Assembly (NCBI GenBank): GCA_944380095.1 | Contig: CALWGP010000001.1 | Span: 2,524 to 66,523 of the forward strand | Source of the DNA: an uncultured Lachnospiraceae bacterium | Lineage (GTDB): Bacteria > Bacillota > Clostridia > Lachnospirales > Lachnospiraceae | Length of the DNA: 64,000 nucleotides | Reading direction: 5' to 3' | Shown here: piece after piece, positions 51,426-59,422 of the stretch | How positions within the stretch are numbered: the first letter of the stretch is position 1 | Layout: each line of letters opens with the position of its first letter | Notes under the pieces: model-generated | Told to the model about the DNA's origin: nothing | The model's database searches: none | The model's input: only the letters and a program-made list of their open reading frames with translations | Position numbers and translations under genes: made by a program

Positions 51426-51512
51426 AAAACCAAATTTTATAAATCAATCCACCAAGCATCGTCTGAGATTAACTTATAAAATTTGGTTTTGCCTGCCTGA
51501 CAGTAACAATCC
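51426..51512 (-). promoter_or_regulatory. RAT antiterminator overlapping a conditional terminator
   Basis: Minus strand GGATTGTTACTGTCAGGCAGGCAAAACC (51485-51512) matches the canonical RAT and overlaps a perfect 17-bp inverted repeat (51426-51442 / 51474-51490). Confidence 0.92.
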
Positions 51513-51549
51513 AAAAAGATAGTTCCATATTCATCTTTCAACTGGTTAT

Positions 51550-51578
51550 AGTTTACCAAACAGCGCCCTTGCTGTCAA
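51550..51578 (-). promoter_or_regulatory. SigA promoter of the PTS operon
   Basis: TTGACA-17-TAAACT with extended -10 TG, about 35 nt upstream of the RAT. Confidence 0.75.
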
Positions 51579-51697
51579 GCACATATTGTCATGATTGCAC
51601 CAATCTTCGCATTTTTCCTTCCTGATTTCTGCAAAATATCACAAAATCTTCTGCCGGTTCCTATTGAGCAAAAAGTGTGCGCCTTGGCGCACTCGCA

Positions 51698-51737
51698 TAA
51701 AAAAGAACGGGCTCCTGACCGGGAACCCGCTCTTTTC
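51698..51737 (-). terminator. Intrinsic terminator downstream of the ABC exporter and candidate sRNA
   Basis: GAGCGGGUUCC-loop-GGAGCCCGUUC-U6; the G-U wobbles pair only in minus-strand RNA. Confidence 0.8.
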
Positions 51738-51795
51738 ATTTAAATAAATAGAAAGGAAGAAAAATGAAAAAGTTTTTGGCCTTGCTTTTTACATT
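51698..51795 (-). ncRNA. Candidate sRNA with anti-SD/anti-start-codon tract
   Basis: Repeat array and -10-like TACTAT upstream, terminator downstream, internal CUUUUUCAUUUUUCUUCCUUUCU; inferred, not confirmed. Confidence 0.4.
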
Positions 51796-51810
51796 TTTTA
51801 TAGTACGGGA

Positions 51811-51854
51811 AAAATGTGAGAAAACCATGAGGAAAATGTGACATTTTTGTAAAC
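51811..51854 (-). promoter_or_regulatory. Response-regulator-type binding array (11-bp period)
   Basis: Minus strand GTTTACAaaaa TGTCACAtttt CCTCATGgttt TCTCACAtttt; includes perfect TGACA-N4-TGTAA at 51839-51852. Confidence 0.55.
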
Positions 51855-51857
51855 GTT

Positions 51858-53717
51858 TCAGGCCGTGGTTTTCTCAAACTGGGAGTTGTAAAGCTGGGCG
51901 TAAAAACCGTTCTTTGCCAGCAGCTGTTCATGAGTTCCCTGCTCCACAATATCCCCGTCTTTCATCACCAGGATCACGTCCGCGTCCTTGATGGTGGAAA
52001 GGCGGTGGGCAATGACAAAGCTGGTCCTGCCCTTCATCAGATTATTCATGGCCTTCTGGATCTGGATCTCCGTCCGGGTATCCACCGAACTGGTAGCCTC
52101 GTCCAAAATCAGGATCGGGTTATCCGCCAGGATAGCCCTCGCGATGGTAAGAAGCTGCTTCTGTCCCTGGGAAACATTGGTGGCGTCCTCATTGAGTTCC
52201 ATCTGGTATCCGCCGGGCAGGGTCCGGATAAACCGGTCCGCATGGGCCGCCTTCGCCGCTTCGATCACTTCCTCATCCGTAGCGTCCAGTCTCCCGTAGC
52301 GGATATTTTCCATAATGGTGCCCTCAAACAGCCAGGTATCCTGGAGTACCATGCCAAACAGTTCCCTCAGCTGGCTTCTGTTAAAGGAACGCACATCATG
52401 GCCGTCCACCCGGACGGAGCCGCCGCAGACGTCATAAAAGCGCATCAAAAGTTTTACCATGGTGGTTTTCCCGGCTCCCGTAGGCCCCACGATTGCTACC
52501 ATCTGTCCGGGTTTTACGCTGCAGGAAAAATCGCTGATAATAATTTTATCCGGATTGTATCCGAAACGGACGTGGGAAAATTCCACGCTGCCTTCCATGC
52601 CTTCGATCTGTACGGGATCAGGAACCGTCTGATCTTCTTCCTCTTCCCCCAAAAACTCGAAAACCCGTTCCGCCGCAGCCGCCGTGGACTGCAGCATGTT
52701 GGATACCTGGGCGATCTGGGTAATGGGCTGGGTGAAATTTTTCACATACTGGATAAACGCCTGGATATCTCCTACTTCTATGGCGCCTTTCACCGCCAGG
52801 ACGCTGCCGCTGACCGCCACGGCCACATATCCTAAGTTTCCCACAAAGGTCATAATGGGCTGCATCATGCCGGAAATAAACTGGGATTTCCAGGCGGATT
52901 CATACAGGGTCTGGTTGGTGGCCGCAAACTGCTGCTCTACGGCCACCTCCCGGTTAAAGGCCTTCACCACATTGTGTCCGCTGTAGGTTTCTTCCACCTG
53001 GCCGTTGATCTCACCCAGCGCAGCCTGCTGGGCGGAAAAATACTTCTGGGAATGTTTCACCACCACGCCGATGAGCCCTCCCGATATGGGCAAAATCACC
53101 AGCGCAATCAGCGTCATCAGCGGGCTGATGGACAGCATCATAATCAGGACGCCCACCATGGTGGTAACGGAAGTAATCAGCTGGGTCACGCTCTGGTTCA
53201 GGCTCATTCCCAGCGTATCCACGTCGTTTGTAATGCGGGAGAGCACTTCCCCCACCGTGCGGGACTCAAAATATTTCATGGGCATCCGGTTGATCTTTTC
53301 CGAAATCTCCCGGCGCATCCGGTAACAAAGGTTCTGGGTTGTCCAGGTCATAATCCATCCCTGGAAAAAATTCAAAACGGAACTGATGCAGTAAATCCCC
53401 AGCAAAGTCAGAAGGATCCGCGCGATTTTTTCAAAATCGATCCCGCCGGTGCCTCCCACTTTCGCCACCAGGCCGTTGAACAGCTCCGTAGTCACACGGC
53501 TTAATACCTTCGGCCCTGCAATGTTAAAGATCGTGCTCCCCACCGCAAAGACCATTACGGTGAAAATGGCAATCCTGTATTTTCCCAGATAGGAAAACAG
53601 TTTTTTTACCGTCCCTTTAAAGTCCTTCGCCTTTTCCCCGGGCATCATCCCCCGTCCGGGTCCGTGTCCCGGCCCAGGTCCCGGGCGCCTTGCCGTATTC
53701 CGGGCGTTCTCACTCAT
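51858..53717 (-). CDS. ABC exporter, TMD-NBD half (consensus site)
   Basis: Six TM segments, GPTGAGKTT, VSQGQKQ, ILDEATSS, IAHRL. Confidence 0.92.
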   Translation of the reverse strand: MSENARNTARRPGPGPGHGPGRGMMPGEKAKDFKGTVKKLFSYLGKYRIAIFTVMVFAVGSTIFNIAGPKVLSRVTTELFNGLVAKVGGTGGIDFEKIARILLTLLGIYCISSVLNFFQGWIMTWTTQNLCYRMRREISEKINRMPMKYFESRTVGEVLSRITNDVDTLGMSLNQSVTQLITSVTTMVGVLIMMLSISPLMTLIALVILPISGGLIGVVVKHSQKYFSAQQAALGEINGQVEETYSGHNVVKAFNREVAVEQQFAATNQTLYESAWKSQFISGMMQPIMTFVGNLGYVAVAVSGSVLAVKGAIEVGDIQAFIQYVKNFTQPITQIAQVSNMLQSTAAAAERVFEFLGEEEEDQTVPDPVQIEGMEGSVEFSHVRFGYNPDKIIISDFSCSVKPGQMVAIVGPTGAGKTTMVKLLMRFYDVCGGSVRVDGHDVRSFNRSQLRELFGMVLQDTWLFEGTIMENIRYGRLDATDEEVIEAAKAAHADRFIRTLPGGYQMELNEDATNVSQGQKQLLTIARAILADNPILILDEATSSVDTRTEIQIQKAMNNLMKGRTSFVIAHRLSTIKDADVILVMKDGDIVEQGTHEQLLAKNGFYAQLYNSQFEKTTA

Positions 53718-55867
53718 CCTGCAGCGCCTCCTTTCAGTTCGCTTTCAGACAGCTGGGACCGCGCGATCTCCTGATACTGCGGGCAGCCACAAAGCAGCTG
53801 TTCGTGCGTCCCCATTCCGGCAATCCGGCCTTCTTCCAGCACCAGAATCTGATCCGCATGCAGGATGGTGCTGATTCTCTGCGCCACAATGATCACCGTG
53901 GCGGCAGCCGCTTTTTGGTTCAGCGCCCGCCTAAGGCGGGCGTCCGTCCTGTAATCCAGGGCGGAAAAACTGTCGTCAAACAGATATACTCTTGGGTTCT
54001 TTGCAATGGCCCTGGCAATGGCCAGCCTCTGTTTTTGTCCGCCGGACACATTGGTGCCGCCCTGGGCCACCGGGCTGTCATATCCTTCCGTCTTCTCCGA
54101 AATAAACTCCTCTGCCTGGGCCACCCGCGCCGCTTCTTTCATGGCTTCATCGCAAACCCTGTCTTCTCCGGCCAGCTTAAGGTTGGAAGCAATGGTTCCG
54201 GAAAAGAGGATCCCCTTCTGGGGCACCAGGCCGATCAGTTCCCTCAGCCTGTGCTGGGAAATCTTACGGATATCGATTCCGTCCAGGGTAATCCGTCCGG
54301 AAGACACATCGTAAAACCGCGGGATCAGGTTGATCAGCGTGGATTTGCCGCAGCCGGTACTGCCGATGATGGCCGTGGTCTTTCCGGGCTCTGCCGTAAA
54401 GGAAATATGCTCCAGCACATCCCCGTCCGCTCCCGGATAGTGGAAACTCACGTCTTCAAAGCTCACCACCCCCCTGCAGGAGGAAAGCCTGTCGTCCAGA
54501 ATCTGCGCATCGTCGTGGATGGAAGGCTCCGTATTGAGCACCTCTTCGATTCTGTCCGCCGCCACACCGGCCCTTGGCAGCATGACGGAAACCATGGTAA
54601 GCATCAAAAAGGACATGACGATCTGCATGGTATAGGTCATAAAGGCCATCATATCCCCCACCTGCAGATTGCCGGCATCGATTCCCTGTGCGCCGAACCA
54701 GACGATCATCACTGTGATCCCGTTCATAATCAGCATCATCACAGGCATCATAAAATTCATCACCCGGTTGGTAAACAGCTGGGTTTTCATCAGATTTGCG
54801 TTGGCCTCGTCAAACCGCTTTTCCTCGAACTTTTCCCTGGAAAAGGCGCGGATGACCAAAAGGCCCGTAAGGATTTCCCTGGAGACAAGGTTCACCCGGT
54901 CCACCAGCTTTTGCATGATTTTGAATTTGGGCATGGCGATATTGACCAACGTCAGGACAAGGACAAGAATCGCTGCCACCGCCACCGCAATGATCCACCC
55001 CATCCCGGTCCGGGTCCCGGACACTTTGATAATTCCGCCCAGTCCCAGGATCGGCGCGTAGATAATCATACGCAAAAGCATGACGGAAACCATCTGCACC
55101 TGCTGGATATCGTTGGTGCTCCTGGTAATCAGGGAGGCGGTGGAAAACTGGTACATCTCCCCGCTGGAAAAGGACATGACCCGTTCAAACACCCTCTGCC
55201 TGAGGTCTTTGCCGATGGAGGCCGCGGCCCGGGACGCCAGAAGGCTGATGAAAATGGCGGCGGCCATCATCACCAGGGTAAATCCCAGCATCTTTGCCCC
55301 GGTCCGAAGCAGATATCCGGTCTGAACAGCCCCCATATCCCTTCCCATGGCTTCATACTCTGCCTTCACGAAGGAAATCGCCATCTGGTTGAGCATGGAA
55401 TCACTGATCTGGCCCATGCTTTCCAGGGCCGCTTTGCGCAGATCCATGACCTGGTCTTTGTCCATGCTTTCCAGCCCCTGCACCAGGCCCGAAAGGTCCG
55501 GCTGCTGCATGGCCTGCCGCTGCCAGGAAACCAGCACCATGGGAATCCGGAGGGCGCCCTGGATCTCTTCCTGCGCCTTTTTCCCGTCTGCCGTCCTTCT
55601 AAAGACGCCGTCCTGCGCAGGCTCATACCAGCGTGCTGCCGTCCCGGCCTCCTCGTCCGTCATCCAGAAGCGAAGCGCCTCCCACGTTTCGCTGCGCATT
55701 TCCTCCGGCGCTGCCCAGGCAATCCCTCCCTGCTGGATGCCCACGTCCACAATATCCGAAGTATACTGGGGCAGGGCCAGGTCGCACCACGCCTGGACAA
55801 TCAGCAATACCACAATGGCTATTACCGATTTTTTGCATTGTTTTAAATAACCAAGCAGCTTTAACAT
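53714..55867 (-). CDS. ABC exporter, TMD-NBD half (degenerate site) with a long extracellular insertion
   Basis: GSTGCGKST, VSGGQKQ, FDDSFSALD, VAQRI; ATGA-coupled heterodimer partner. Confidence 0.92.
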   Translation of the reverse strand: MLKLLGYLKQCKKSVIAIVVLLIVQAWCDLALPQYTSDIVDVGIQQGGIAWAAPEEMRSETWEALRFWMTDEEAGTAARWYEPAQDGVFRRTADGKKAQEEIQGALRIPMVLVSWQRQAMQQPDLSGLVQGLESMDKDQVMDLRKAALESMGQISDSMLNQMAISFVKAEYEAMGRDMGAVQTGYLLRTGAKMLGFTLVMMAAAIFISLLASRAAASIGKDLRQRVFERVMSFSSGEMYQFSTASLITRSTNDIQQVQMVSVMLLRMIIYAPILGLGGIIKVSGTRTGMGWIIAVAVAAILVLVLTLVNIAMPKFKIMQKLVDRVNLVSREILTGLLVIRAFSREKFEEKRFDEANANLMKTQLFTNRVMNFMMPVMMLIMNGITVMIVWFGAQGIDAGNLQVGDMMAFMTYTMQIVMSFLMLTMVSVMLPRAGVAADRIEEVLNTEPSIHDDAQILDDRLSSCRGVVSFEDVSFHYPGADGDVLEHISFTAEPGKTTAIIGSTGCGKSTLINLIPRFYDVSSGRITLDGIDIRKISQHRLRELIGLVPQKGILFSGTIASNLKLAGEDRVCDEAMKEAARVAQAEEFISEKTEGYDSPVAQGGTNVSGGQKQRLAIARAIAKNPRVYLFDDSFSALDYRTDARLRRALNQKAAAATVIIVAQRISTILHADQILVLEEGRIAGMGTHEQLLCGCPQYQEIARSQLSESELKGGAAG

Positions 55868-55939
55868 CTGCGGTCTCCTTTCCCGAAAGCGCCCCTGTTT
55901 TTCCCGGGGCGTCCCGGATTATACTCAATATGTTTTTTT

Positions 55940-55968
55940 ATGGTATCATCCAGCGGATGGCATTGCAA
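55940..55968 (-). promoter_or_regulatory. ABC exporter promoter
   Basis: TTGCAA-17-TACCAT with extended -10 TG. Confidence 0.5.
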
Positions 55969-56137
55969 GGAACCGTCCCTAAACTTTTTCTAAAATCAGG
56001 CCGGACCCGGGTTCCTTGACTTTTTCCCCCCTGTATGCAAAAATTGAACTGGCCTTGCTTTTCCCTGCATCGCTGCATAAACCCTTTCCGGGAATGAAAC
56101 GCTAAATGCGACGGCTTACAGAAAGGATTTTACCCTT

Positions 56138-57058
56138 ATGACAGGAAAAAACGCTCGTTTTTCACATATTCTGAATCGTATTTTCAAAAAAAGCAGTCCC
56201 AGGGACTTTGCGCTGGACCTGGGCAGCGACCTTGTGGGCAGCATTCTTTATGCCATCGGGATCTATACCTTTGCCTCCCGCGCGGATTTTGCCCCCGGCG
56301 GGATCTCCGGCCTTTCCCTGATCCTCAATCATCTTTGGGGGCTTCCCATCGGTACGGTTTCCCTGCTTTTGAACATTCCCTTTATCCTGTTAAGCTACCG
56401 GATCGTGGGAAGACGTTTTATGATCAAATCCATCCGTTCCATCCTGATCAGTACCCTGATGCTGGATCTGGTCTTTCCCCATACGCCGGCCTATTCCGGG
56501 GATCCCCTGCTGGCTGCCCTGTTTTCCGGTCTTTTTTTCGGCGCCGGTCTGGCCCTGATCTATATGCGCGGCTCCTCCACCGGCGGCACCGATTTTCTGA
56601 CCATGTCCATCAAGGTGCTGCGCCCCCATCTGTCCATCGGTTTTGTTACCATGATAATCGACCTGCTGATCATCCTGCTGGGCTGGCCGGTTTTCGGCAA
56701 CGTGGACGCCGTGCTTTACGGTCTGATTTCCACCTTTATCACTTCCTCCGTCATCGACAAGATCATGTACGGCGTGGACGAGGGGAAACTGGCCATCATC
56801 ATCACTTCCAAAGGCGCGCAGGTGGCGCGCCAGATCGATGCAGCCTGCGCCAGGGGTTCCACCGTGATCCGCGCGCAGGGGGCCTACACGCTGGCGGACC
56901 TGCAGGTACTGCTGTGCGCCTGTTCCAAATCGGAGTCCTATAAGGTACGCAGCGCGGCCCACCAGATCGATCCCGGCGCTTTTGTCATGCTTACCGAAAC
57001 CAGCCAGGTATTCGGCGAAGGATTTATCGATCCTACGGACAATGTGAAAATCGGATAG
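56138..57058 (+). CDS. YitT-family membrane protein (DUF2179 C-terminus)
   Basis: APGGISG, LNIP, SSTGGTD, RGSTVI, DPGAFV. Confidence 0.85.
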   Translation: MTGKNARFSHILNRIFKKSSPRDFALDLGSDLVGSILYAIGIYTFASRADFAPGGISGLSLILNHLWGLPIGTVSLLLNIPFILLSYRIVGRRFMIKSIRSILISTLMLDLVFPHTPAYSGDPLLAALFSGLFFGAGLALIYMRGSSTGGTDFLTMSIKVLRPHLSIGFVTMIIDLLIILLGWPVFGNVDAVLYGLISTFITSSVIDKIMYGVDEGKLAIIITSKGAQVARQIDAACARGSTVIRAQGAYTLADLQVLLCACSKSESYKVRSAAHQIDPGAFVMLTETSQVFGEGFIDPTDNVKIG

Positions 57059-57089
57059 CCGTCAGTTCAGACGCAGAAAGGAGAAAAAA

Positions 57090-58112
57090 ATGAAATTCGC
57101 AAACTTCCTGCCCCCAAAGGGCACCATCGGCTTTGTGTCCCCTTCCTTTGGATGCGCCACATCCCCTTACCGGGAAGCTTTTGCAAACGCCCTGGAAAAG
57201 TGGGGCGCCATGGGCTACTCCTGCAAAATCGGGCCCAACTGCTACGCCAGCGACGGCGTGGGGATCAGTTCCACCCCGCAAAACTGCGCGGCCGAACTGA
57301 TGAAATTTTATCTGGATCCCGCCTGCGACTGTCTGCTTTCCTGCGGCGGCGGCGAGCTGATGTGCGAGATCCTGGAATATCTGGACTTCCCGGCACTGGC
57401 AGCGGCAAAGCCCAAATGGTACATGGGCTATTCGGACAATACCCACTTTACCCATCTGCTTGCCACCCTCTGCGACACCGCCTCCGTTTACGGCCCCTGC
57501 GCGCCGGCCTTTGGCATGGAGCCCTGGCATCCTTCCCTGCAGGATGCTTTCGACCTTCTTTGCGGCAGGAAAAACCGCGTGGAAGGCTATCCTCTCTGGG
57601 AAAAGGAATCTCTGAAAAATGAAGAAAACCCGCTGGCGCCCTACCATGTTACCGAGCCTAGGATTCTCACAAAAGTGCCCGACTGTGACCTTTCCTTCTC
57701 CGGCCGCCTTCTGGGGGGCTGCATGGACTGTCTGATCAATATGGCGGGCACCCGCTTTGACAAAACCGCCGCCTTCGCGGAAAAATATCGGGAAGACGGC
57801 ATTGTGTGGTTTCTGGAAGCCTGCGACTTAAACGTATTTTCCATCCGCCGCGCCATGTGGCAGTTAGAACAGGCCGGATGGTTTTCCCATGTTTCCGGCT
57901 TCCTCATCGGCAGGCCCTTAAACGGGCAGGAAATGATGGGGCTGGATGCGCGCCATGCGGTGCTGGAAGTGGCCCTGCGCCATAACGTTCCCGTCGTCAT
58001 GGACGTGGATCTGGGCCATTTGCCGCCCATGATGCCCCTTATCGTAGGCAGTCTGGCCCGGGTTTTTTGCGCGGGAAACCAAATCTCCATCGAGATGAAG
58101 CTTCAGCCGTAA
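57090..58112 (+). CDS. S66-family peptidase (LD-carboxypeptidase/MccF-like)
   Basis: IGFVSPS, MGYSD (Ser), FLE (Glu), LGH (His). Confidence 0.85.
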   Translation: MKFANFLPPKGTIGFVSPSFGCATSPYREAFANALEKWGAMGYSCKIGPNCYASDGVGISSTPQNCAAELMKFYLDPACDCLLSCGGGELMCEILEYLDFPALAAAKPKWYMGYSDNTHFTHLLATLCDTASVYGPCAPAFGMEPWHPSLQDAFDLLCGRKNRVEGYPLWEKESLKNEENPLAPYHVTEPRILTKVPDCDLSFSGRLLGGCMDCLINMAGTRFDKTAAFAEKYREDGIVWFLEACDLNVFSIRRAMWQLEQAGWFSHVSGFLIGRPLNGQEMMGLDARHAVLEVALRHNVPVVMDVDLGHLPPMMPLIVGSLARVFCAGNQISIEMKLQP

Positions 58113-59392
58113 ACCCGGATATAACCGGATATTTCCTGAATCACGGACATTCCTTCCAGAATCCGGAGAGCGTCATTGAAATAGCGCTCCCGGACATTGT
58201 CCGTAATGATCACCAGTTCCGCCACGCCGTTGTGGCTCTTCTTTTGCACCACCTGTTCGATGCTGACCCCGTTATTGCCCAGAATCCCGGCGATATTGGC
58301 CAGCGCTCCCGGCCTGTCCGTTACCTGGATCCGCAAAAAGAAGCGGCTGACGGTTTCCTCGATGGGTTTTACCGGCAGATTCAGATAACAGCCGCAGCCG
58401 ATCTTACCGCAGCTGCCATGCAGGAGATTTCGCATGCAGTCGATCACGTCCCCCATCACCGCGCTGGCCGTAGGCATTTCCCCTGCCCCCCTGCCCATAA
58501 ACATGGCGTCGTCGCAGGCTTTTCCGTGTACAAAGACTGCGTTGAAGGAATCGCGTACCGATGCCAAGGGATGCTGGTCCGGAATCAGCATGGGATGTAC
58601 TTTCACCTCAATGCCCTCGTCCGTAAGCCGGGTCATGCCGATGAGTTTGACCACATACCCGAATTCTTTTGCATAGCGGATATCCTCCGCCGTAATCTTC
58701 GTAATCCCTTCCGTATAGACCTGGGGGAATGTGACCCGGGAGTTAAAGGCGATGGACGCCATAATCGCCAGTTTGCGGCCCGCGTCATATCCTTCCACAT
58801 CCGCCGTAGGATCGCTTTCCGCATACCCCAGGCGGGTGGCCAGCTTAAGCGCTTCCCCATATCCCATTCCCTCTTCGGACATCTTCGTAAGAATATAGTT
58901 GGTGGTCCCGTTTACAATCCCCATCACCTCCGTCAGTTCCGCCGCTGCAAGGCTCTGGCGCAGGGGCCGGATAATGGGGATAGCCCCCGCTACGGAAGCT
59001 TCAAAATGCAGGTCGCAGTGCCGTTCCTGCGCGGCTTCAAACAGCTGCGCCCCGTACTGGGCCAGCAGATCCTTATTGGCCGTAACCACCTGTTTCCCGC
59101 AATGCAGCGCTTCCTGGATATAATCGAGGGCCGGATGGATCCCGCCCATCAGCTCGATCACGATTTCGATCCCGTCGTCGTCCCGGATTTCCTCCCACCG
59201 GTCCGTCAGGATTTCCGAAGGGATTCCTTCCCTCTTTTTCGATCTGTCCCTGACCAGCACTTTGTCGATTTCCAGACGGGCCCCCGTCTTCTGGAAAATG
59301 TCCTCCTTAAGAAGGTTTGCCAGCTTATAAACCCCGCCTCCCACAGTGCCTGCGCCCAGAAGGGCCGCACGGATTGTTTTTCCCTGCTCCAT
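58103..59392 (-). CDS. hom: Homoserine dehydrogenase with ACT domain
   Basis: GAGTVGGG, VTANK, EASVAGAIP, NGTTNYIL, DVEGYDA, DRPGAL. Confidence 0.94.
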   Translation of the reverse strand: MEQGKTIRAALLGAGTVGGGVYKLANLLKEDIFQKTGARLEIDKVLVRDRSKKREGIPSEILTDRWEEIRDDDGIEIVIELMGGIHPALDYIQEALHCGKQVVTANKDLLAQYGAQLFEAAQERHCDLHFEASVAGAIPIIRPLRQSLAAAELTEVMGIVNGTTNYILTKMSEEGMGYGEALKLATRLGYAESDPTADVEGYDAGRKLAIMASIAFNSRVTFPQVYTEGITKITAEDIRYAKEFGYVVKLIGMTRLTDEGIEVKVHPMLIPDQHPLASVRDSFNAVFVHGKACDDAMFMGRGAGEMPTASAVMGDVIDCMRNLLHGSCGKIGCGCYLNLPVKPIEETVSRFFLRIQVTDRPGALANIAGILGNNGVSIEQVVQKKSHNGVAELVIITDNVRERYFNDALRILEGMSVIQEISGYIRVYG

Positions 59393-59422
59393 TGCATTTT
59401 CCTCCGATCTTTGTTTTCTCAT

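Noticed and set aside
51627-51644. Rex-like site TTGTGAT-ATTT-TGCAGAA upstream of the PTS promoter
   Set aside because: Only 11 of 14 matches in AT-rich DNA, and about 50 bp upstream of the -35 rather than overlapping the promoter.
51740-51949. 69-aa minus-strand ORF from the track
   Set aside because: It starts inside the ABC gene in another frame, has no SD, and its composition is explained by the regulatory repeats and pyrimidine tract.
53690-55846. 718-aa plus-strand ORF, and similar long antisense ORFs (58067-59833, 60602-62011, 48323-49528, 29091-30218, 263-811)
   Set aside because: They exactly shadow well-supported minus-strand genes, have no recognisable motifs, and are expected from codon bias on the antisense strand.
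56040-56137. Possible riboswitch in the ~90-nt yitT leader (ATCGCTG recalls the c-di-AMP aptamer start)
   Set aside because: The other conserved elements and a convincing fold are missing, and there is no terminator. An Rfam cmscan would be needed to revive it.
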